Below are positions 26,231-32,915 of a stretch of 32,915 nt of DNA, one piece after another; position 1 is the stretch's first letter; every line of letters begins with the position of its first letter. Below the pieces are notes generated by a model that was not told the DNA's origin, did no database searches, and was given only the letters and a program-made list of their open reading frames with translations. Location: the IMG/VR virus record IMGVR_UViG_3300020045_011830, positions 1 through 32,915 of that record. One strand, 5' to 3'. The stretch is from a virus (taxonomy: Duplodnaviria; Caudoviricetes). The position numbers were made by a program, and so were the translations under genes.

Positions 26231-28402
26231 CTAATCGGGGTTGTCAACCGCCAAAAAGCGAAGTTTGACGCCATGTATCCGGCTGGCTATCCTTCCGTAA
26301 CCGTGCATCCCTGACCGCGGTTTGTACACCACGCCTTTCTCTCTGCGTTCATCCCGGAAGTAGCTGATCACCCTCTCAACGAACACGCTCACCGAGACCG
26401 GCTTTTCTCCATGGGACTCGCACCAGGTGTAGTAATTGGGGTAGGCCCACGTTCCAATGTTTGCGTATCCTAGCGCTTTCGAGGAGGCGTCTTTCATCAC
26501 CAGCTTGCCGATGAAAACAAAGCCGTTTGGATCGCACCCCTCCAGATTGTCCTCTGCCCAGGCCGCCACATGATTACGCTCCGTGCTCACACGGATCGCG
26601 TTCCCTCGCAGCCGGTCCGACAACGTGTCGCGTGCCCGGATCGCCTCCAGCATCTCCGCCTCTGACATCCCTAGAGCCCACACCGCCAGTCCGGGGATAT
26701 GGGGTAGAAACTCCTCATCCAGCCGCCGCACCTGGGAAGGTAAGACCGACTTGTTGAAGGGCAGGTTGATTTCACGCCTGGCCAGCGCGCCAGGGTTCGT
26801 GCTACGTAGCTGCTTGTTCGCGGCAATGACAATCGTGCCATTGAACCGAAACCCGCTATCCGCATCCTTGTTTTTGCGTTCGTAGCGTATCAAATCGCCG
26901 CCCGTGAGCTTCAGCAGGGTTTTGACATCACCGCCCCAGGTTTCGGAGTCAGGCAGACAAACAAGGCCCTTCCCTTTCAGGTTGGAAGTCTCGAAACGGT
27001 TAGTCTCGATGTCTGCCAGGCTGGTGGAATAACTGTTCTCGCTGCCAATCAGTTGTTCGAGCAGCCATACGAACGTGCTCTTTCCGCTATTGGGTGCGCC
27101 GTTGATGTAAAGGTAATACTGATACTTCCCGCCAAGACGGCACAACACCAGCCGAACCACTGCGCGCATAAGCTCAAACTGCCCTTCGTCCCCCTCGCAG
27201 ACGTCCTCTAGCAGCCAGGAAAGGATAGGGGTAGGCACGGCGTCCTGGATATACCCGTAATGCATCCGGTAGGTCAGCAGCCGCCGGGATTGAATTGGCG
27301 CTAACTCCAGGGTGTCGGGGTTTAACAGTCCATTGCTGAAGGGTAATAGATGCCCGCCATCCGTAAAGCCTTCTTCCGCGCAATAAAGCCTGGCCAGCTC
27401 CTCGACCCACGCGGGTAATCGGCTATGATATTCCACGCCGCGACAACAGTCAGTCAGGGCGTTATTGATGAATGCCAGCATCCAGGCGTCCTTCCTCACC
27501 TCCCATATCCCATTGACGTTTTCCCGCCATGCCAGGCTAGGGACATCAAACCGGAACTGTGGATAAGCCTCTTTAAAGCTAAGTGCAATGCCGCTGTGCG
27601 CCCTCAAACGGCTCACTTCCTTATCTTTGATGAACACGGTTTCCGTGGGGGAAAAGGCCGTGCTCGACTTCACCGATCCTTCCTTCCCGTTCTTTGTCCA
27701 GTCAGCAATCTTCCTTACCTCATCCTCAGGCAGTGGTGGATCGCACTGTGCCCCGTTCATCCGGGCCAGGATTTGGCGGACTTCCTCGGGGGTGGAGCCT
27801 GCCCATCTGAGTCGTTTCGCGTGGTCCACAAGCAAGTTATGGCGCCCGCCTTCGCTAACGATTTCGCCGGTAGTGGAGGAAGGAAGAGGGCTAACTGGAG
27901 TAGTGGGTATCAGGCTTTCCACCTCTGTTTGCCGCGTGTTGATTTCCATCGGTGTCCCTGGCCAATGGTCGCCGGTCATAATGAAGAATCTTCCCGTGTG
28001 ATATATCTCCAGTCCAGGCACCTTGTACGCCCGTGCCAGGGTGGCCTTGATGAAAATATGTAACCCCGTGGCGGACTGTGACACTTCCGTGTAGCTATCC
28101 AGTAGCTCGACAATCCGCTGTGCCTCCGTGGATAGCTCCCCGGTCTCTTTGTCTAAGCATTTATCCAGGTCCACACCCACATAGGGGTCTGTGGCGGTGA
28201 ACACAAAACCCATGGCCTGTGGATAGGCTTGGAGGACATGCCCAAAACTGGACCAGTGTTTTGGATTCGTGCTGCTTGCGCCACTTCGGTCGAACGGATT
28301 GATGGGGAGCTTTTTCTTGTCCGGTGTGAGTGTCCAGGTGATCCACTGGGGGAGTACCTTTAGCTCATCTGGGATATTTTCTGGTGATGGATTTTTGTAC
28401 AT
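26231..28402 (-). CDS. Primase-polymerase/PriCT/SF3 helicase (P4/D5-type)
   Basis: Probable start MYKNP at 28402; GVDLD, EVSQSATGLH, EIY (AEP); EGGRHN...PPLPEDEV (PriCT); GAPNSGKST, LTGGD, IAAN (SF3). Confidence 0.92.
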   Translation of the reverse strand: MYKNPSPENIPDELKVLPQWITWTLTPDKKKLPINPFDRSGASSTNPKHWSSFGHVLQAYPQAMGFVFTATDPYVGVDLDKCLDKETGELSTEAQRIVELLDSYTEVSQSATGLHIFIKATLARAYKVPGLEIYHTGRFFIMTGDHWPGTPMEINTRQTEVESLIPTTPVSPLPSSTTGEIVSEGGRHNLLVDHAKRLRWAGSTPEEVRQILARMNGAQCDPPLPEDEVRKIADWTKNGKEGSVKSSTAFSPTETVFIKDKEVSRLRAHSGIALSFKEAYPQFRFDVPSLAWRENVNGIWEVRKDAWMLAFINNALTDCCRGVEYHSRLPAWVEELARLYCAEEGFTDGGHLLPFSNGLLNPDTLELAPIQSRRLLTYRMHYGYIQDAVPTPILSWLLEDVCEGDEGQFELMRAVVRLVLCRLGGKYQYYLYINGAPNSGKSTFVWLLEQLIGSENSYSTSLADIETNRFETSNLKGKGLVCLPDSETWGGDVKTLLKLTGGDLIRYERKNKDADSGFRFNGTIVIAANKQLRSTNPGALARREINLPFNKSVLPSQVRRLDEEFLPHIPGLAVWALGMSEAEMLEAIRARDTLSDRLRGNAIRVSTERNHVAAWAEDNLEGCDPNGFVFIGKLVMKDASSKALGYANIGTWAYPNYYTWCESHGEKPVSVSVFVERVISYFRDERREKGVVYKPRSGMHGYGRIASRIHGVKLRFLAVDNPD

Positions 28403-28600
28403 ATATTTTCCCTTTTCCCAAACGGTGGTGGCAGATAAAAGGGCGGGCCAGCGTTTGGGATACTGGCCCGTTACTGCGGGTACGTTGAAGTGTTTGCCCT
28501 GGTTAGACGTCCAGTTGTTCAGTTGTCTAAGCTGAACTGGCAAGACGAATAATCTCTTATTTTCGTGTCCGTGTCAAGTCATTTCTTAGCTCACGCAGTG

Positions 28601-28628
28601 TTGACAACTTTCTAAACTATGTTATACT
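28601..28628 (+). promoter_or_regulatory. Early promoter, copy 1
   Basis: TTGACA-N16-TATACT with extended TG; 34/43 identical to 30367-30409. Confidence 0.75.
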
Positions 28629-28667
28629 GTAATCACAGTATCCGATTAACCCAAAGAGGACAACAGA

Positions 28668-28985
28668 ATGAACGCAAAACTTATAGAAGCCGCACAAGAG
28701 CGCATCATAAGATTATCCGCCGTGGTCACTGACAATGCTCGTGAACAAAAGGAGCTCACCAGTGAAATACGTGGCCTGAAGGCGCTCATTCGCAAGCTCG
28801 AAAAAGGGATCGTACCAAAGACGGGGTTAATCACCGTGCTGTATTCGAGTATTGGCCTGGTGGATCAAGAGCAGGATGATGTTGAGCGCGTCGTCTTGAT
28901 GGCGTGGATCGTATGGAATATCGTTGCGATGCAACAAGCAAAAGCACGTTCGTTGTTCTGCAACTGTTGGAGTGTGGATGGCTAG
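28668..28985 (+). CDS. Hypothetical protein with N-terminal coiled coil
   Basis: GAGGA RBS downstream of the promoter. Confidence 0.6.
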   Translation: MNAKLIEAAQERIIRLSAVVTDNAREQKELTSEIRGLKALIRKLEKGIVPKTGLITVLYSSIGLVDQEQDDVERVVLMAWIVWNIVAMQQAKARSLFCNCWSVDG

Positions 28986-29097
28986 GGAAAAAGAAGCCAC
29001 GCGGCCAAAGGGGGGTGGAGAAAATCGCCGCGCGGCTGAAGATCATCTTGGAAGCTAAATTGTATCTTAATGTTCAACGTAAATCAAGTGAGGAATC

Positions 29098-30030
29098 ATG
29101 AGTAAAGAAATCAGTTTTCCTGTTCTATTGCAAAAGACCTTGCCGGAAATTGCAAAAGCCTTGCCGAAACATCTTACGGCAGAGCGCATGGGGCGCATTG
29201 CGCTGACCGCCTTCCGACAGAACCCGGCGCTTGCGGAGTGCGATCCAATGTCGATCATCGCGTGTGTTGTGCAGTCCGCGCAACTGGGTCTGGAGCTGGG
29301 GGTTAGCGGGCATGCTTTCCTTGTGCCGTATAACGGACGGTGCCAATTTGTTCCCGGCTGGCGTGGGCTGGTGGACCTGGTGAGCCGCGCGGGACGTAGC
29401 TCTGTCCACACGGGAGTAATCCATCAGGGGCAAGAGTATCGCTACACGCAAGGGGCAAGGCCGGACCTGGCGATCCTTACGGAGTCGGATGAGGATAAGC
29501 CGATCATCTACGCGTATGCCGTGGGTTGGGTAAAAGGCGCGGAATGGCCTGTCATCGAGATGTGGAGTGCCGAGAAACTCATGAAGCACCGCGACAGGTA
29601 TAACAAGGTAGGGAAGCGACACTACTCCTACGCGAACTGGGAAATGTACTGTCGCAAAGTTGTTTTGCTCCAGGTGTTAAAGTACATGCCTTCGTCCGTG
29701 GAGTTGTCAACGGCGATAGCGCTGAACGACGCAGCTGAAGTGGGTAATCAAGGCGTAACCGTGGAAGGAGCAATTGACTGGTCCTGGACGCCCCCTGAGC
29801 GCGATGAAATAGGTGCGCCGGATGGGAGTGAGCCATCCTCGACAAGAGAGGGCGTGAAGGTCGCGTATGCGGGAGAAATCCAGGCCATCAAGGAGCATTT
29901 GGGGATGGGTGATGTAGCCGAGGCTAAGCGGCTTTGGGCGGCGATCCCGCAAGCGGACCAGATTCAATTATGGGTCGCCCCGACCAAAGGCGGGTGTTTT
30001 ACAACGGAAGAGCGTGAGCAGTTGAGGTGA
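29098..30030 (+). CDS. recT: RecT-family single-strand annealing recombinase
   Basis: IAKALPKHLTAERM, CDPMS...SAQLGLE, AFLVPY, GWRGLVDL, WEMYCRKVV; GAGGA RBS. Confidence 0.92.
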   Translation: MSKEISFPVLLQKTLPEIAKALPKHLTAERMGRIALTAFRQNPALAECDPMSIIACVVQSAQLGLELGVSGHAFLVPYNGRCQFVPGWRGLVDLVSRAGRSSVHTGVIHQGQEYRYTQGARPDLAILTESDEDKPIIYAYAVGWVKGAEWPVIEMWSAEKLMKHRDRYNKVGKRHYSYANWEMYCRKVVLLQVLKYMPSSVELSTAIALNDAAEVGNQGVTVEGAIDWSWTPPERDEIGAPDGSEPSSTREGVKVAYAGEIQAIKEHLGMGDVAEAKRLWAAIPQADQIQLWVAPTKGGCFTTEEREQLR

Positions 30031-30033
30031 TGT

Positions 30034-30363
30034 ATGAAAACTTTTGTGGTGAGTATTTTGTTATCCACGATGATCCCATTAACGTCGGATGCGTCGGTCT
30101 ATATGCACGACTTTCGTCCAAAAGAAGGTCTCACGTGCAAACTGTTGACGCAAAAAGGGCTTAAGGAGCTGAAGGCAAAAGCGGCTCGCATTCAGCCTAT
30201 TTCCAAGGAGTCGGCAATAATCTATCCCAAAAAACCTGACTTCAATACTAATACGATGGGTGTTTACGTGGTGGCAAAAACACATCCTGAATGTTTTATG
30301 TTGTCTGTGGATGTGATGATTGACTTCCTGAAGCGATTTGCCGCCGTGACACGCGTGGATTAG
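30034..30363 (+). CDS. Hypothetical protein with signal peptide
   Basis: GAGGTG RBS; hydrophobic N-terminus ending SDA. Confidence 0.6.
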   Translation: MKTFVVSILLSTMIPLTSDASVYMHDFRPKEGLTCKLLTQKGLKELKAKAARIQPISKESAIIYPKKPDFNTNTMGVYVVAKTHPECFMLSVDVMIDFLKRFAAVTRVD

Positions 30364-30373
30364 CTGCGCAGCA

Positions 30374-30401
30374 TTGACAACTTATCAAACAATGCTATAC
30401 T
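30374..30401 (+). promoter_or_regulatory. Early promoter, copy 2
   Basis: TTGACA-N16-TATACT with extended TG. Confidence 0.75.
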
Positions 30402-30447
30402 TTAATTACGAACAGAAAATAGTCTTACTAACCATAGGAGCATTTCA

Positions 30448-30648
30448 ATGACACAAGACCATGAATTTATTGCAATTTTAAAGTTGCTCATTATGCAAAA
30501 CGCCGAGGAAATGGCGGTAATGATACGTGATGCAAAAACGCTGGAATGGGAAATGCAAATGGAAAAATTATGGACTGCCGCGCTTCATTACAGAGTTAAA
30601 GATTGCGTAACTCAATTACCGGGACGGAACCATGCGGATGATGACTAA
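30448..30648 (+). CDS. Hypothetical protein
   Basis: AGGAG RBS after the promoter. Confidence 0.65.
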   Translation: MTQDHEFIAILKLLIMQNAEEMAVMIRDAKTLEWEMQMEKLWTAALHYRVKDCVTQLPGRNHADDD

Positions 30649-30979
30649 AAGACCCAGGATAATGATCATGATGAATAGATTTGAAGCACAAGCGTATGCG
30701 CGCTGGAAGGAAGTAAAGAAGATCGCCGCGCCGAGTGATAAGGAAATTATCGCAATCGCGGAATACACGGACAACGCAGAGGGCGAATACGATCCATCCA
30801 TATACGTGTATTATCTCGATGGAAAGGATATCATTGAGCGGGAAGTACGGATACATTACATTGATGAAACGGAGTTGTCTTATTACCAGACCGTGAAAGC
30901 TTTCCGCAGACATGGGCTATCGGTAGATGATTTGGATTTCGCTTTAGGTATTAATGATTATGCGGAGGTTGAAATGTGA
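30632..30979 (+). CDS. Hypothetical acidic protein
   Basis: Overlaps both neighbours; start uncertain (several ATGs). Confidence 0.6.
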   Translation: MRMMTKRPRIMIMMNRFEAQAYARWKEVKKIAAPSDKEIIAIAEYTDNAEGEYDPSIYVYYLDGKDIIEREVRIHYIDETELSYYQTVKAFRRHGLSVDDLDFALGINDYAEVEM

Positions 30980-31341
30980 AAATTATTAAGCATATTGTGT
31001 ACTTCATCTTGGCCACGCTTTTTTGGATAAGTGTATTTGGGATGATTGATAGAGCACACGCGGCGACTGTTAATGTGTATGTTTTGGACACAACATTATC
31101 GAAACCTTTGGACTGGTGCCGTGTAAAAACGCTTGCTCAGTTAAATTTGGAAATAGCGGCATTCAAAGCGCAAGGGTATGAGATAACACAAGAGCATCAT
31201 CAGGAATTGAAGTTAGTTGTGTTCGCCGCGAAAAGAGAGAAAAAGGCTATAGTGACTTACGTTTTCTCAGATGGAAAAGAGTGCTGGTTTATAGCTGGCG
31301 CAACGATGAACGAAATGCAAAAAGGGAGAACTGACTTATAG
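30976..31341 (+). CDS. Hypothetical secreted/membrane protein
   Basis: GGAGG RBS, GTGA coupling, hydrophobic N-terminus ending AHA. Confidence 0.65.
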   Translation: MKIIKHIVYFILATLFWISVFGMIDRAHAATVNVYVLDTTLSKPLDWCRVKTLAQLNLEIAAFKAQGYEITQEHHQELKLVVFAAKREKKAIVTYVFSDGKECWFIAGATMNEMQKGRTDL

Positions 31342-31357
31342 GTTTTTGGAGGTTTTT

Positions 31358-31534
31358 ATGTTTACTCACAGGGGATATATTACGACATTCGTAGTGCTGC
31401 TTGCGATTATTGTAGCTGTGATTTCTTTAGTAGCGTATGGTTTATTTTTACTAGGAAGCAATGAGGTTCATCATGAACGGAAATTTGATTTATTGGGGGG
31501 TGTTTTGCGTCATTATCGCGATACTGGTAGGTAA
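31358..31534 (+). CDS. Small membrane protein
   Basis: GGAGG RBS before ATG 31358; one long hydrophobic helix. Confidence 0.5.
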   Translation: MFTHRGYITTFVVLLAIIVAVISLVAYGLFLLGSNEVHHERKFDLLGGVLRHYRDTGR

Positions 31535-31599
31535 TTTCATAGTGAACACCAGGCCAGATAATCACAAACAATCCGCCGTATGTGCGTGGTCAGACACGG

Positions 31600-31824
31600 C
31601 TAAATGCAACTAATCAGCAAACTTATGTAACGTATTCTGACAACAAAACGAAATAACACAACTATTGCGCGGGCTCTCTTGTTGTACAAATAGTGCATAA
31701 AGAAGCCCGCTTTATCTAAAATGTCTCCTTTGTGTTCCAGTTCTGGGTCAATAATGGTGTGTTCCTGGTCTGCCAGTTTGTTGTATTCTTCCCTATAATC
31801 CAGCGGTTTGCTGTCTAAATCCAT
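31600..31824 (-). CDS. Hypothetical protein
   Basis: 74 aa overlapping the end of the glycine-rich gene. Confidence 0.35.
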   Translation of the reverse strand: MDLDSKPLDYREEYNKLADQEHTIIDPELEHKGDILDKAGFFMHYLYNKRARAIVVLFRFVVRIRYISLLISCI

Positions 31825-32657
31825 ACAAAAGTAATGAAGCCTCCCGTTCCCGCGCCTCCCGCGCCGCCGGTCACCCCCGCGCCACCACCGCCACCGCCAG
31901 AGCCGAAGCCTGTCGCCGCAGTTCCCGCTGAGCCGGCCCCCGCCGCGCTGCCCGCTCCTCCGGTTCCAGCGGTTCCGTAAGAAGAGGGTGCGCCCCCACC
32001 GCCACCGCCGGACGTGCCGCCCGCGACCCCTGACATACTCCGAATCGCGCCGAGTTTGGGGAGTACCGATGTCCCCGCTGCCGAGGAGTTGCCGCCGGAG
32101 CCTCCTCCATAGGCACTGAATTGTTTCCCGTTAATCTCGATTAACCCTTGTGCGCCGGAGCCGATGGACGAGTTGATGCCTATTCCCGCTCCTCCAACAG
32201 ATGCAGTCGGCATCGTGGACACCGGAGCCGAGGGCAGAGTAAGCAGTCGCACACCTGATTGGGTTATCGAAAGCGGCGTAGGAGAAGCTTGAACCCCCGT
32301 GCCTGCCGTGGAGGCAGGAACGATAAGGGTTACGTCGGTACTGTCCATCAGATAGATGACCACATCCGATATGCCTATCCCGCTCCCGCCTCCAGCGCCA
32401 CCGCCACCGCCTATAGCAGAGAACCCTGGTTGGCCATCCGTTGCCGCCGAACAGGCGGAAAGTATCCTCATCCCGACCTTACCCGCCGGAGGCGTTATTA
32501 CAAACGTTCCCGCCGTGGTATAACTATTCATGTCGGAAATAGAGCCAGGCGACCCGCCCAGGGTGACTGGCATAGGATTCGAGCTACTAACATCGTGCTC
32601 GTCATCGTCAGGCCCGATGAGTATTTTGACCTTTCGCTTATGGTAGTTGCCGCTCAT
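31815..32657 (-). CDS. Glycine-rich virion/tail-fibre-associated protein
   Basis: VSSSNPMPV, YTTAGTFVITPPAG, multiple GGGGG runs and terminal GGAGTGGFI, typical of phage glycine-rich domains. Confidence 0.75.
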   Translation of the reverse strand: MSGNYHKRKVKILIGPDDDEHDVSSSNPMPVTLGGSPGSISDMNSYTTAGTFVITPPAGKVGMRILSACSAATDGQPGFSAIGGGGGAGGGSGIGISDVVIYLMDSTDVTLIVPASTAGTGVQASPTPLSITQSGVRLLTLPSAPVSTMPTASVGGAGIGINSSIGSGAQGLIEINGKQFSAYGGGSGGNSSAAGTSVLPKLGAIRSMSGVAGGTSGGGGGGAPSSYGTAGTGGAGSAAGAGSAGTAATGFGSGGGGGGAGVTGGAGGAGTGGFITFVWI

Positions 32658-32661
32658 AATG

Positions 32662-32910
32662 TTATCTCAAACAATCTAGAAGGTTAGTGAGTGTCTCTAT
32701 CCTTGATTGCAAGTTGCGGATAGAGTGTGTAATGCTTGCCTGTGTGGGGCTTGTGGGTTCAGCCAGCATTTTCGCGATATCTTCTTCCGTGCGTGGCATC
32801 GCCCCGAACATATCGCCTTGCATGGCGTGCACTTGATCGTTAGCTAAAACATGCGCGACGTTCGTGAGTTTCTCCGCGAGCACCTTTGGGGATCGCACAT
32901 GATCCGCCAT
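32662..32910 (-). CDS. Hypothetical protein
   Basis: 82 aa upstream of the glycine-rich gene; at window edge. Confidence 0.5.
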   Translation of the reverse strand: MADHVRSPKVLAEKLTNVAHVLANDQVHAMQGDMFGAMPRTEEDIAKMLAEPTSPTQASITHSIRNLQSRIETLTNLLDCLR

Positions 32911-32915
32911 CGCGC

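Noticed and set aside
25917-26314. Short ORFs with GIPS/TNT/YATW repeats
   Set aside because: Products of the iteron tandem repeats; no evidence of coding
28403-28543. N-terminal extension of the primase ORF
   Set aside because: Non-ATG start; the family-like sequence begins at MYKNP...ENIPDEL (28402)
1-32915. Integrase, tRNA, rRNA, IS elements or terminal repeats
   Set aside because: None recognisable by eye; window ends do not match each other, so completeness and lifestyle cannot be determined

Overview
The whole window reads as part of a tailed-phage (podovirus-like) genome. It contains terminase large subunit, P22-like portal, scaffold, N4-gp56/DUF4043-type major capsid, head-tail adaptor and hub-like proteins, polyvalent (LPD-type) virion proteins and a GH19 endolysin. 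It also has a primase-helicase followed by an iteron-rich origin-like region, RecT, an ERCC4 nuclease, a short C5-methyltransferase and a five-gene glycosyl/methyltransferase cluster. The standout element is a cas-less type I-E-like CRISPR locus at 23508-24512 (28-bp repeat, 61-bp period), split in two by a promoter plus lipoprotein gene that sits between two repeats. Two spacers match this phage's own genes with a single PAM-proximal mismatch each. One spacer was apparently taken from a CRISPR repeat-spacer junction, and one short 'spacer' plus a mutated repeat forms a sigma70-like promoter. My reading (inference) is a phage-borne mini-array system that borrows host Cascade to fight close relatives, including their arrays. 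All product calls come from motif recognition only; no searches were run.
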